64,000 nucleotides of DNA from Octopus sinensis (taxonomy: Eukaryota), in contig NC_043016.1 of the NCBI RefSeq assembly GCF_006345805.1, positions 1,488,001 to 1,552,000 of the forward strand, read 5' to 3'. Below, in pieces: positions 12,150 to 24,725 of this stretch. Numbering within the stretch: position 1 is the first letter of the stretch; the number at the start of each line of letters is the position of its first letter. The translations under genes and the position numbers were made by a program. A model generated the notes under the pieces. The model searched no databases and was not told the DNA's origin. It worked only from the letters and a program-made list of their open reading frames with translations.

Positions 12150-12370
12150 ATGGACTTACAGAAGTATTTATGAAGTGTCACATGCATACCCCTGAATGAC
12201 AACTGTATTAACGTTACAATCCCACTGTCATTCCATATTTGTCGCATACACAACTTTTTTCCCCTCTTCCCTGATACCAGCCACACTCACTATGCCACCG
12301 CATTTCACCTCCCAATAACACTCTTGGACCCTTTTTATTTTATCAAATAATATGCCAACCGATTAAAAGG
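12150..12370. repeat. Unclassified interspersed repeat, second copy at about 60270-60480
   Basis: Shared cctgaatgaca.ctgtattaa.gtta..atcc..tg.cac.ccatatttgtcgc.tacacaacttt..actatgccacc.catt. Confidence 0.7.
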
Positions 12371-12419
12371 GAGGAATTCCAACCACGTTTCGTGGTTCAC
12401 TACTTTATAGGAGCCAGTG

Positions 12420-13160
12420 GCTAAAGACATCATCATCAGGAACTACGTCCGGTTTCGGCCCCTACTCCTCTACCGTTTTCTTCAGCTCTGGTGTTGAATG
12501 CGTTTCTTCTTTACCCTTTTTTCCTTTTGTACTTTGGTTTCTTCGATGCAGCGTCAACGAATGTCAGCTCCAGCAGCCATCACCAGCTAACTGTCACGTG
12601 ACACTCTCTAAGCTTCAATTGATCAATTGAAGGAAAGGGCGCGTAATTTTAGCCCGCGCCCTCTCTAAACCTGCCTTCCAACAGTGTCGTGTTACATTCA
12701 GTTCCAGAAGCCAGAGGCGATCAGCTGTTTGGTGGTACAAGCCTTCGAACCAGGAGGAGAACGCGCTCTGAACGAGATCGTTACCCTGGCCCACCTGTCA
12801 ATCAGCGATGCTGCTTAAGTGTCAGTCAACCTTACCAAGCGACGCTATTTCCCAGTCGGCATGTTATGGCTTTAAATCCATTTTCGGTCTTCTCCTTTCA
12901 GCCATATATAGAAGCTGGATTTGTCCACTGCCTCCTATATTCTCCTTATTACTTTTTTCAACTCTGAGCTCGAAAATTCAAACCTTTTAAATAATATCGC
13001 CATTTTCCTTTCAATGAAGCCTCTAAACCCCACTGCCAGGTGGTAATACTCGACAGTCCATCCCTGTTCTCCGCATTCTTCGATTAATCTCTCATACCAC
13101 TTCTCCTTCGGTTGTTCTGCATTAATGATGTTCTCTTCTCATGGCACGGTCAGATCTAGG
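12420..13160 (-). mobile_element. 3' end of a HERO-like (RLE-type) non-LTR retrotransposon
   Basis: Manual minus-strand translation of about 13150-12870: DLTVP*EENIINAEQPKEKWYERLIEECGEQGWTVEYYHLAVGFRGF..KSSFYIWLK, resembling the ELTVPWEEN..EVGCRGF..WIWLK restriction-like endonuclease tail. It is followed by a putative 3' UTR and a (GAT)n end. Confidence 0.75.
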
Positions 13161-13299
13161 TTACGGAGACACAAAAACCGGTTGTCAAGCTGCGGCTGGG
13201 TGCAAACACACACACATAGATATATACAGTCCTAAGCAACAACGACGAATTATACATTGTACCGAAATGCAATGATATCGATGTGGTATATATCAGTTC

Positions 13300-13650
13300 A
13301 TGCATACAGGTCAATTTATGAACACAAACACCGGATTAATATTTACAAATGCAAATATGAACTGCAAAAGCAGAAATTTAATTTACTACATTAAATGCTC
13401 GAATTGTATGGCGATATATGTTGGTCAGAATGGGAATGCATTATCGGAACGTTCATGTGTGCACTGACAGCAAATTAAAGACCCCGATGCCCGTCGGATG
13501 CCTTTAGCCGACCATCAGGCAACATGTGGTCAGAAAAAGCTTACAATATTCCCATTCTACAAACTAAACAACTCAAGTGAAATTGAGGGAAAAGACGGAG
13601 AAAAGAATTTTATTGATCAATCCGAACCCGTTCGAAATGGAAAGTTATAA
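13300..13650 (+). pseudogene. Second Penelope-like GIY-YIG endonuclease remnant
   Basis: Frame from 13321: NTNTGLIFTNANMNCKSRNLIYYIKCSNCMAIYVGQNGNALSER..H*QQIK..IFPFYKL. Confidence 0.85.
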
Positions 13651-14085
13651 TAATGGTGATAATTATACTACTGCAATTACTATTGCTACCACCGCCACCG
13701 ATTGTAGTAGCGTTGACCAAATGCACATTGGTTCGAATGAAATATAGAAAAAAATCTAGATTAGAAATAGAAGTAGAATTGAATGAAAACAGTACTGTTG
13801 TTTACAACATTCAAAAATATAGTCAAGCAATTATACCTTTGGGTGCGGTCAAAATCAAGTATCCTTGACGTGACCATCAAACGATGACGTCTACTGATTG
13901 GTTGAAATATAGTTAGGACTTAGTTGGCACGCTCACCAAACCATGACACCCAAGCCATTATGTGTGCGATTGGGCAAGCTACAGTTTGGAAGATTTAGCC
14001 TGCTGGAGGCCATCAGAGGATATTTAAGGGATAAATCCGACTATTTCACTACAGTTGTCACTTGTGGAACACGACTGTCACTGCA

Positions 14086-14127
14086 TAAATCTGATGATTG
14101 CGCAATGCATGAAGTACTAGTTTATTT
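14086..14127 (+). ncRNA. Decayed hammerhead motif in the Penelope 3' flank
   Basis: taaat-CTGATGA-t-tgc(gcaat)gca-t-GAAG-tactagt..attt. GAAA has become GAAG. Confidence 0.5.
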
Positions 14128-14282
14128 CAATATTGTAAAACTGTAAAACTTGCAAATAATAAAACGTGAAAATCACTAAATTGAAGAATTCATGAAGATA
14201 TTAAATTTACGTTGATATACTATAGATATAGCTATATATACTATATATACATATATATATATATATATATAATATATATATA

Positions 14283-14380
<98 letters not shown>

Positions 14381-14535
14381 GTGTGTATTTATAAATACGG
14401 GTTATATCATATTTAAATATCGAAATAGCAGTCAAATCCTGACTCTAAGAACCACATTAAATCTTCATATCGCACATGAGATAAGATAGAGGGACAAAAT
14501 AGATTAGCTTAGTTATATATATATATATATATAAT

Positions 14536-14573
<38 letters not shown>

Positions 14574-14697
14574 TGTATATATATGTATATATATATATAT
14601 GTATATATGTATATATATATAGTATTATATAATATATATATATATATATATATACATACATATATATATGTATATATATACATATATATATATAATA

Positions 14698-14741
<44 letters not shown>

Positions 14742-15065
14742 TATATATATGTGTGTGTGTGTGTTATGTGTGTGTGTGTGTGGTGTTCTCAAATTTGAAT
14801 GCCAAGGCATTGTTCGTCCCAAGCGTTTGCCAAAAGATACTTGCCCAAGGTGCAGCAGAGTGGAATCCACAACCGAAAATCATGTAACAACTATACAATT
14901 AAACAACTCAAAAACAATTAGTTAATTATAACTAATTATTCTATTATTCTTATATTCTAATTTCATACTTTTCATATATTTGACTGACACCTTACTAAAT
15001 TGCTCGAGTGCTGCTTCAACAGTTTTCTTTTTCGAAGAATGTCGTTCTTTCGATGATATCATTTC

Positions 15066-15310
15066 TAATTACTTGTTTCAGTCATTAAATTGCAGCCGTA
15101 CGGCTACACCGCCTTGAATTTTAGTTCAGTTAATTGCTCCCAGTGGTCTTCTTTTCTTAAGCCCGGTTGTTATCCTATCGAGCTCTTTTGCCGAAATGCT
15201 AAGTTACGAGAACGTTAACACACCAGCATCGGTTGTCAAGCGATGGTGTGGAGCAGACTCAGACACACACACAAATGCACACACACGCACACACATATAC
15301 GACGGGATAT
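15066..15310 (-). mobile_element. SINE family 1, diverged 3' portion
   Basis: tacttgtttcagtcatt..gccgaaatgctaagttacg..acaccagcatcggttgtcaagcgat. Confidence 0.8.
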
Positions 15311-15344
15311 ATATATTATATATATATATATAATATATAAGCGA

Positions 15345-15900
15345 GAAAGAAGCAACAAGAATGGATATGTTTTTAGTACAATCGTTTCATACAAGGACAG
15401 GCTTTATAAAAGTTGTAAAAAATTACAGCATATAAACGTGTCCCGTACTCATCAGCTAAAATACATGTGAGTTCTCTAGACATCCTAGTGGTTGAGGCTA
15501 TACTCATGAAGTAATGTAGATAATTAAGTAAACATAAACAGATTTCCAAAGTTCATTAAGTTCTTTAAAGATGATGTACAGTCTTATCACAGAATTTTAA
15601 AAAAGTTCTAATAGCATCACAGAGAAGATGACCTAATCCATAGAGCACATATGATTTCCAGAGCTATGATGAGGGATACATACTCACAGAAGACAAATTT
15701 ATCCATTGTTAATCATAACGAGGTGGGTCTCAATTCCTGCTTATTAGCATTACAGAGAGGGTGAATTAATCCTTGTATAGATGCACAATTTCCAATGGTG
15801 TAGATGTAAGTTTCCAGAGAAATGAAGAGGAATTTCATATTCACAGGCGATAAATTTATCAATGGTTGAACACAATGAGGTAGGTATCAATTCTTGTTAT
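15345..15900 (-). mobile_element. HHR-bearing non-coding repeat (family also at 20685-21420 and 35040-35630)
   Basis: Collinear similarity across the three loci. Each abuts a (TA)n tract. Confidence 0.75.
15371..15461 (-). ncRNA. Type I hammerhead ribozyme with long stem II
   Basis: ttttag-CTGATGA-gtacg..tgtat-GAAA-cgattg-TA-ctaaaa. 6-bp stem I, GUA triplet. Confidence 0.8.
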
Positions 15901-16342
15901 ATGATTAGGTATTTGCCACATTAATCACATTACTGCTATTTACAAGAGGCTGTAGCTATTTAACTTTTAAAGGCTGAAGGGCTTTCTAGGGAGGCAAAGA
16001 ATAGGAAGGAATAGAAGAAAAGAGAGAGAAAATAAAGGAGGAGGGAGCAAAAAAGGGTGGGGGGGAAAGGGACTAAAAGAGAAAGAGAAAAGGAAGAGAA
16101 AAGGAAAAAGAGAATAAGAAGAAACAGAAAAAAAGAGGAAAAGAGAAAGAAATAGGGAAAGAAGGGAAAAAATAAAAATAAAAAAGGGTTCTAGTTATAC
16201 AGAAGAATTAGTAGACGGCAAGTCTGGTTTTAATTTACAGGCATCTAGGAACTAGAGGAGAATATTATTCTTTGGCTAGTAAAACAGCTAATTGATTGCT
16301 GTTGAAATCAGCTATGAATTTATATATATATATATATATATA

Positions 16343-16740
16343 TACTCTTTTGCTCTTTTACTTGTTTCAGTCATTTGACTGCGGACATGCTGGAGCACCG
16401 CCTTTAGTCGAACATATCGACCCAAGGACTTATTCTTTGGAAGCCTAGTACTAATTCTGTCGGGCTCTTTTGCAGAACCGCTAAGTTATGGGGACGTAAA
16501 CACACCAACAAGTGATGGTGAGGGGATAAGCACAGACACACAAATACATATATACATATATACATACATACATACATATATATATACGACGGGCTTCTTT
16601 CAGTTTCCGCCTACCAAATCCACTCATAAAATTTGCTCTATAGTAGAAGGCACTTGTCCAAGTTGCTACGCAGTGGAACTGAACCCGGAACCATGTGATT
16701 GGGAAGCAAACTTGCTACCTCACAACCAATTCCTGCGCCA
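16343..16740 (-). mobile_element. SINE family 1, full length, tRNA-derived head
   Basis: Minus strand starts ggcgcaggaattggttgtgaggtagc..ggttccgggttcagttcc (A/B boxes) and ends gactgaaacaagtaaaagag. Confidence 0.9.
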
Positions 16741-16777
16741 ACGTGAAAAACCTTAAATGTTAAACTTTAATTTCAAG

Positions 16778-16858
16778 TCACCTGAAGAAAATGTTTTTTA
16801 CATGATATAATTGATGTGTTCATCAATAACGAAAATACATTTGAAACAGCTGTAGTGA
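16778..16858 (+). ncRNA. Type I hammerhead ribozyme
   Basis: tcac-CTGAAGA-aaatgt..acattt-GAAA-cagctg-TA-gtga. 6-bp stem II, perfect ACAGCTGT palindrome. Confidence 0.85.
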
Positions 16859-17791
16859 ACGTCAGCCCATTTCTGATACAGACAGACAGACACACACACA
16901 CACGTGTATGTATATAAGGCTTTGTTCTCTGTTGGTCATGTATCCAGGAGTATATTATGAATTTTTACTGATGACTTAGACATTTCTTTAACTTGTATGC
17001 ATGTATGTATGTATTTTTTTTGTGCGTCTACGTGTATATGCATGTGTGTGCAAATGTGTCTTTTGTGTGTTTGTGTTTGTATGTGTGTATGCGCATGCGT
17101 GTGAGTTCGTACGTGTATGCGCGCCTTTATCTGGATTTGCACAGCAAAATACCTTGAAGATTACAAACTAAATTGAAAGTTCCAGTTAATTTTCTCATGG
17201 TAACAATGCGGTGTATTTAGTGACATTTATAGAAAGAGTTAAATAAGGCACATGTACATTTCAAAGTATGACAAGTTATTTGTAAAACGTTAAACCAAAA
17301 GAATTTTAAAAACAAGATCTAATGAAACATGCAAATCTTAAAATATGACTGGTGATGAGAGCAATGTGGTTTTTGTATCATTGAAAAAGACCTTAAGGAC
17401 CAGATTGTGTCTCCATGGGCAAATCGTAAAGTATGACTACTTACTGAGTATCTAACAGTATCTAACTGTAACCCACAGTTAGATACTGAAAATTAAATGA
17501 AGAATATAATTGTATTTTTGGTTAGCAACTTGCACATGCAAGTGCTACCAGTTGAAACTCCGCATACCGGATGCTAGCAAGCTTATGGGGGTCATCAGAA
17601 GAGAATGCGCGCCGTTTCGGGGCCTTCCTCTCGACGGCATTACATACCGGTTGAGGCCCTGCTTGCTCGATCAACTGGTTATCAGGTTTCGCTCAATATT
17701 CTTCTAGCTATGGCTCATTGTCTCTTTTAATCTAAATCCAGCTCCTTGCCTTTTCCCACTGCTATCTGGATATCATTCATGATAATATGTA

Positions 17792-18145
17792 TTTTACGAT
17801 TAATGAAATCTCTGTTTGGTTCCTTCAGGGCTTTTTTCCACTGTTTACGAGAGCAATTTGGCACTTTATAGCATTGAAGAGGTTAGAAACCCGATTGTGT
17901 TACGACGTGCAAATTGTAAGATGTGACTAATAATTGAGAGGGTGTGTCAAGTTAATACTTACGTAAGCCAGAGTTAATTATTGAAAACTAAATGAAGAGT
18001 ATAGAAACAAAAGAATTACGTAATCTATAAAACACATTAAAAAGATGCAAGATATCAGTTACAAGGTAAATAATGGATAGAGAAAAAATATTATGCTAAA
18101 GATTTACAAGGAATATATGCTGCACGTCAGAAGACGAACAGAGTA

Positions 18146-18176
<31 letters not shown>

Positions 18177-18858
18177 TGTATGTATGTATGTATGTGTGTA
18201 TGTATGTATGTATGTATGTATGTATGTATGTATGTATGTATGTATACATGCATGCATATATATATATATTTATATATATATATATATGTATTATTATATA
18301 TATATACATACATACATACATACAAACATACATACATGTATACGACACACACACTATGTATACATACACATATAAATACACACACACACATATATATATA
18401 TATATATTTATATATGCATACATACAAATTATATATATACAACAATTAAGAAAACGGAGAGGATATAAAATCGACAAACATCAGCCGGTAAACATTCAAT
18501 TATGTCTATTTATTCAATTGTATTGGATGAATACACACGCATGTATGAGTGATCCAGATTAACGAGTAGAAAAAGCTGATAACTGCATAGACAATGGAGT
18601 GAATGCATACAAGTACATGGAAACAAATGAGCAAAAATATAAATGGGTGTGCAGGTACTAGTTCCTTAAGGTCTTTTCTGCCAAGAGGCAACAAAATCTT
18701 CCAGGTTATCTCCATCACTTCAATGTTATGCAGGGATGAAGAGGCAAGGCTTGGATAACGGATGTGCCCTTATACAATGCTATAAAGTGCCAAATTGCTC
18801 TCGTAAAGTGTGGCAAAAAACCTGAAGGATCCAACCAGAGATTTCATTAATCGTAAAA
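17792..18858. repeat. Inverted pair of about 85-bp arms (about 17792-17873 and 18774-18858) around microsatellites
   Basis: tttacgattaatgaaatctctg..gagagcaatttggcactttatagcattg versus caatgctataaagtgccaaattgctctcg..cagagatttcattaatcgtaaa. Confidence 0.8.
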
Positions 18859-20139
18859 TAGTTGGCAGGTGGCTAACACATATAAAAGTCAGCTAAGAAT
18901 AGATAACGCGTGCTTATCCTTTTAAATAAAGTAAGAATAAGAATGAGAGGAAACAGAAGAATGCAAGTGAAATACAACAGAGTACACTAATGTGGGCATA
19001 GTAAGGGGAAATAAGGTACAGATTTCCCATAAAGTATTTATAAAATCCACAGTATTTCATCCAGTGATGGGTTGGTGACTATAGACATTTTCAGGAGGAA
19101 TTTTTCAGGAGATATAATTTTAGGCAGCAGTTCACATTGTGTTTCCATAGAAGTTTAGTGGTGGGTTTGATGGTATGGTCCGTGTTACAGGAGTGAAAGC
19201 CTATATGTAAAATGCCAGTTAGTAGGTGTAACATTGCAGAGCATAAGCAACTTATAATGAACCCATCATTGGGAAATTTAGTACATGAGTGTATCAATGA
19301 GAGAAAACTAGGTGAGGCTAAGATATGATGTTATTGTCCGTAACACATTAGCCGATCAACTAATCCCGAAAGCTCTATGTGTAGTGGGGTGGGGTCATGG
19401 TCAGTCTCACAACCCAATTTAAAAACAATGGCCTGGTTCAGGTTCTTTGATGGCTATCCATTAAATCAAAAGCCAGCAGGACAAGTAAACGAACAAAATA
19501 AAACAAATAAAACAAATAAAAGAAGTAAAACAACTAAAGCAACTAAAACCATGGGACGAGAATCATATAGAACAAAGTATATATAAACATATAAATAAAT
19601 AAACAAATAAATAACTGTACGAATATAAATAACAATAATAGTAATAACAATACAATCGTAAGAACGGTAATGACAATAACAATAATAGAATTATGGGGGC
19701 TTTCGGGCAAAATTTCCCTTGGGATTACTAACGGTGGAATTTGTAGTGAATGCGAATAGTGTTTACTTTTAGTATATCTTGGGTAACGTTTCTAATTAGC
19801 GATTATTTTTGTAAACAAATAAACAAATAAACAAAACAAGTAAAAAAGAACGTAGGGATAAGAAACAGATCAGGTAGGATAAATTAATTGTATATATATG
19901 TGAGAGTATTTATAAGTACGATTTTAAGCATTAATAAATAACAACAACAACAATAATATAAGTGTGTTCTTGTTACTTTTGGTTTAGGAGGCTATCTATC
20001 GAAGGAGTGACTAATGCTAGTTGATAGTATTTTCATTATAATATATATATAAAATATATATATTTATCCTTGTTCTTAGTGCAAGTTTTGAACAGTGCAG
20101 TTATTTTTTCAAAGCTATAATGAAAGTAACAAAGGCGTG

Positions 20140-20600
20140 TATTCGGTATATTTTGCTTTATGAGTTCAATAAAGACAACAACGCAACGGAATGTGCGGGG
20201 AATATTAATACAGTATATGGAAAACGGACAATAAGCGTAAACCTGTGGTTTCACAAATTCTGAGCTGGAAACCACACCCTAAAAGATGAACCTCGTCTTG
20301 GAAGATATGTAGTGCTTGACGAGAATGGTGGAATAAAAAAATCCCGTAGTAATTGCTGAAGAACTAGCAGAGAAGCTTAGGCTTGGTCATTCAGTTATTC
20401 ATCGACAACCGCGTGCCAACAGAAAAGTCTGCAAATTGGATCAATGGCCTACTCACAAACGTCCCGAGTGTAATCGCGCGCAGAGAGTGAATATATGCTC
20501 TTCTTTGCTGTCACGTCTCATAAATACACCTTTTGTGGACCGAATAGTGGCTGGTGACAAGAAGTGGGTTCTCTATAAAAATGTCAAACGCCGAAGACTG
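20140..20600 (+). mobile_element. Mariner transposase fragment
   Basis: QWPTHKRPECNRAQRVNICSSLL..DRIVAGDKKWVLY (WVPHEL and TGDEKW motifs). Same family as 40148-41417. Confidence 0.88.
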
Positions 20601-20624
20601 GATAGGGAAAAAAGAAACCCAATA

Positions 20625-20658
<34 letters not shown>

Positions 20659-20684
20659 TATATATATATATATATATATATATA

Positions 20685-21420
20685 CAAGAAAAAAGCAACA
20701 AAAATGGATCAGTATTTCGGTACAATTGTTTCATACGAAGACCAGCTTTATTAAGGCTACAAATATTGCAGCAAATACAAGTGACCCGTACTCATCAGCC
20801 GAAAACACATCTGGGTTCTCCAAACATCTAAGGGGGTGATACTACACTCATGAAACATCAGGGATAGTTCTATAAAAATCAGATTTAGATAGTAAACGGA
20901 CTTCCAAAGTCCTCTAATGTTGCACTGTCATATAACAGGTCTTAAAGTATTTTAAAAAACCTGTTAGTTCTACAGAAAATGAAAATATAAATCCATCCAT
21001 AATGAAGTAGGTTTGATTTCTGGAGATATGAGGAGAGATTTCATACTCACAGACGATGAATTTATCCATAATTAGTCTATAATAAAGTGGGTTTCCTGAT
21101 GTATGATGATATACTGGTTACACTTCTGTTCATTTCTCAAAACTGCTATGTTAGAATTCTATTAGTTGAAGGAAATTTAGTGGAGCGTAGAGACAATCAC
21201 TCACATAGGGTATTATGGGGTAACTGAGAGGAAAAGGGGTTGTAAATATACAACTAAACAGAATAGTCTATTTCAGTGGAGACAGACAGACTGGTTCAGA
21301 ATTTTATAGAACTATCCCTGATGTTTCATGAGTGTAGCCTCACCCCCTTAGATGTTTGGAGAACTCAGATGTGTTTTCGGCTGATGAGATGGGTCACTTG
21401 TATTTGCTGCAATATTTGTA
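20685..21420 (-). mobile_element. HHR-bearing repeat with an inverted partial terminal duplication
   Basis: About 21302-21420 is the reverse complement of about 20756-20878. Confidence 0.8.
20715..20804 (-). ncRNA. Type I hammerhead ribozyme with long stem II
   Basis: tttcgg-CTGATGA-gtacg..cgtat-GAAA-caattg-TA-ccgaaa. Perfect ACAATTGT palindrome. Confidence 0.87.
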
Positions 21421-21424
21421 TTGC

Positions 21425-21760
21425 GGGAAGGACTGTTTCATGAAGTCACGTCTTGTCCTTACCTTCGAAACACTGAGTAGACGAAACAGGGACAACTGAA
21501 GAAGGAGAATATTCCTTGTGTTGTATGTCTTGTACTCTTTTTTTTTTCGTTGTTTGAAAAAAGTTCGTTTCTATGTTTTTGTTTTTATGTTTTCTTTTCT
21601 CATTGAGTTCCATATTTTTTCATGTCCTGTACCCATATATGCATGTATATATACATATACATGTAGGTATGTACACATATGTATGCATAAATGCATATAT
21701 TTATATATTATTTATATTATTATATGATCGAACGCCACGCATCCTTTTCCAAGTAAGTTT
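21425..21760 (-). repeat. Partial copy of the 8290-9410 family
   Basis: gaaggactgtt..ccttaccttcgaaac..tgtcctgtacccatatatgcatg..gaacgccacgcatccttttccaag. Confidence 0.75.
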
Positions 21761-21762
21761 TA

Positions 21763-21800
<38 letters not shown>

Positions 21801-21803
<3 letters not shown>

Positions 21804-22192
21804 ACTTTTACTCTTTTACTTGTTTCAGTCATTTGACTGCGGCCATGCTGGAGCACCGCCTTTAATGGAGCAACTCGACCCCGGTACTTATTCTATGTAA
21901 GCCCAGTACTTATTCTATCGGTCTCTTTTGCCGAACCGCTAAGTAACGGGGACATAAACACACCAGCATCGGTTGTCAAGCAATGCTAGGGGGACAAACA
22001 CAAACATACACACATACATATATACATATATATACATATATACGACGGGCTTCTTTCAGTTTCCGTCTACCAAATCCACTCACCAGGCTTTGGTCGGTCC
22101 GAGGATATAGCAGAAGACACTTGTCCAAGGTGCCACGCAGTGGGACTGAACCCGGAACCATGTGGTTGGTAAACAAGCTACTTACCACACAG
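21801..22192 (-). mobile_element. SINE family 1, near full length
   Basis: High similarity to 23739-24172. Confidence 0.92.
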
Positions 22193-22202
22193 GCAAAGGA
22201 CT

Positions 22203-22320
22203 AGCTGTGTGGTAAGTAGCTTGCTTGCCAACCAAATGGTTACGGGTTCAGTCCCACTTCGTGGCATCTTGGGCAAGTGTCTCCTACTATAGCTTTGGGC
22301 TGACCAAAGCCTTTTGCGGA
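22203..22320 (+). mobile_element. SINE family 1 head, back-to-back with the preceding copy
   Basis: gctgtgtggtaagtagcttgc..gggttcagtcccac..cttgggcaagtgtct. Confidence 0.88.
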
Positions 22321-22344
22321 GGGTCAGTAAAATATTTGGTAACA

Positions 22345-22904
22345 AAAACAGGACAGTGGAGACTTAGAACAAACCAATCGAAAATAAACATGGCGGCCGT
22401 TTGGCCAGACGAGGCAAGGCAGTGAACGCCGGGGGAATATTATCTTTGACAAGGGAGAAGATAGAAGACGAGGCAGATAAATATGCGTCTGATCTGTAAC
22501 ACAGACTGAAAGAAAAGAAAGATGGATGATGGACGGTCCTCCATATTTGTTTTCCTGTGGTTGTTGTATGTCTCCACTGTGCTGTTACAAACTTTGACCC
22601 TCCGCAAATCCCAAATTATATTATGGTTCGCGGTAGCAACTGCCTTTCGAAGCCTCATAATGTCATTAAATGATCGAAATGAGGAGTAGAAAGACAGCCG
22701 ACAACTGATGAAGGGTCGTTCTCTATGATTCTTGCCTTGTTTTCCATTTGTTTCTCTCGTTCTTTGTATACCCATGTTTGTCTTCATATTTCATATTGTT
22801 TTCATATTACATGTTCAGGTTTTGTGATGTCCTGTACTCATATATGCATATATTTACATATATATGTATGCATATACATGTATGTATGTATATATGCATA
22901 CACA

Positions 22905-22955
<51 letters not shown>

Positions 22956-23740
22956 TATTTATATTATTATATGATTGAACGCCACACACCCATTTCCAAG
23001 TAAGCTTATCTTAATAATTTTGATGCGGATCTACCCTGTACTGTTATCTCTCTCCCTCTTTCGTTTTCTGTCCCTTCTTTTCTCTTATTTCTTTTTCTCC
23101 CCTTCTCCCCTTTTCGTTTTTTCTCTCATCCTTTCTCTAATTCTTATTTCTGCCCTTCACCGTTTTCTGTCTGTCCGTCTGTCTCTCTCCCTCTTTCTCC
23201 TTTACTCTCTCTCTCGTTGCTCACACGTGACCATCGTCCATCTGTCTTTTTCTCACGTGATCATGCTTCTTTTCTTTCAGCCTGCCTTACAGACCAGACG
23301 CAGTCTTATCTGTCATGCCTTCTATCTTCTCTCATGTTAAAGACAATATTCTTCCGGCTTTCGTTGCATTGTCTTGTCTGGCGTAACGTCTCTCCATGTT
23401 TGTTTTCGTTTGCTTTGTTCTGTCTCCACTGTCCTGTTTTTGTTACCAACTTTCACCCTCCGCGAATTCCAAATTTTATTCTGTTTCGCGGGAGCAACTG
23501 CCATTCGAAGCCTCATGTTGTCGATAATTGCTCGAAATGAGGAGCAGATGGACAGCCGACAACTGACGAAGGATCGTTGTTTATGTTTCTTGTCTTGTTT
23601 TCCATTTGTTTCTCTTGTTTGCATACCCAAGTTTGTCCTCGTATTTCATGATGTTTACGTTTTGTGATGTCCTCTACCCATATATGCATATATATATACA
23701 TATATATGTATGTATCTACATATATGTATATATGCGTATC
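22345..23740 (-). repeat. Two tandem diverged copies related to the 8290-9410 family
   Basis: Repeated tgtctccactgt..gcaactgcc.ttcgaagcctcat..gacagccgacaactga.gaagg..tgtgatgtcct at about 22570-22840 and 23420-23680. Confidence 0.75.
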
Positions 23741-24172
23741 TCTTTTACTCTTTTACTCTTTTACTTGTTTCAGTCATTTGACTGCGGCCATGCTGGAGCA
23801 CCGCCTTTAATCGAGCAACTCGACCCCGGGACTTATTCTTTTGTAAGCCCAGTACTTATTGTATCGGTCTCTTTTGCCGAACCGCTAAGTAACGTGAACA
23901 TAAGCACACCAGCATCGGTTGTCAAGCAATGCTAGGGGGACAAACACAGACACACAAACACACACACGCATATATATTATTAATATATATATATATATAC
24001 ATATATATACGACGGGTCTTTTCAGTTTCCGTCTACCAAATCCACTCAGAAGGCTTTGGTCGGCCCGAGGCTATAGTAGAAGACACTTGCCCAAGGTGCC
24101 ACGCAGTGGGACTGAACCCGGAACCATGTGGTTGGTAAACAAGCTACTTACCACACAGCCACTCCTGCGCCT
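23739..24172 (-). mobile_element. SINE family 1, full length
   Basis: Minus strand: aggcgcaggagtggctgtgtggtaag (A box TGGCTGTGTGG), ggttcagtccc (B box), caccttgggcaagtgt (CORE-like), and a (GAGTAAAA)n tail. Confidence 0.93.
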
Positions 24173-24209
24173 ATGTACATATATATATATATATATGTAT
24201 TATTTATAT

Positions 24210-24253
<44 letters not shown>

Positions 24254-24282
24254 ATATAATATATATATAATATATATATATA

Positions 24283-24694
24283 TCTTCTATATATAAAACT
24301 GAAATGCGTTTTTACGCTTGGATCGCTTTCAATGCCACTACATCCCGTCCGATTCGCTCCAAAATTTACAGGGACATGTAGAATGAGGTGACGATGCTCG
24401 TGGGCTACCTTAGAAATCCCTATTTTAAAAGTGTGGTTGCTAGGGTCCATCTTCCTCACTCACCCTATTTCCTCCAGTCCCCTCTCACTCCTCTTCATCT
24501 GACAAGTCCACTCCCGTTATTTAATGTAAAGTCTTCCTCAAATCACTCTCTCGCTATTTCCTCTCTTCCAAGAACATTTTCACTCACTCTATCTCTTAGC
24601 TTCCCATACATTTTACTCATGTATCTATCTGCGTTCATAGACAGAAACAAATATTACATCGCCATCGCCATCGCATTCTATTGTCTACCTGTCA

Positions 24695-24725
<31 letters not shown>

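Noticed and set aside
12445-12492. Minus-strand CTGAAGA..GAAACCGG near the HERO-like 3' end
   Set aside because: No stem II pairing and no NUH plus stem I in register.
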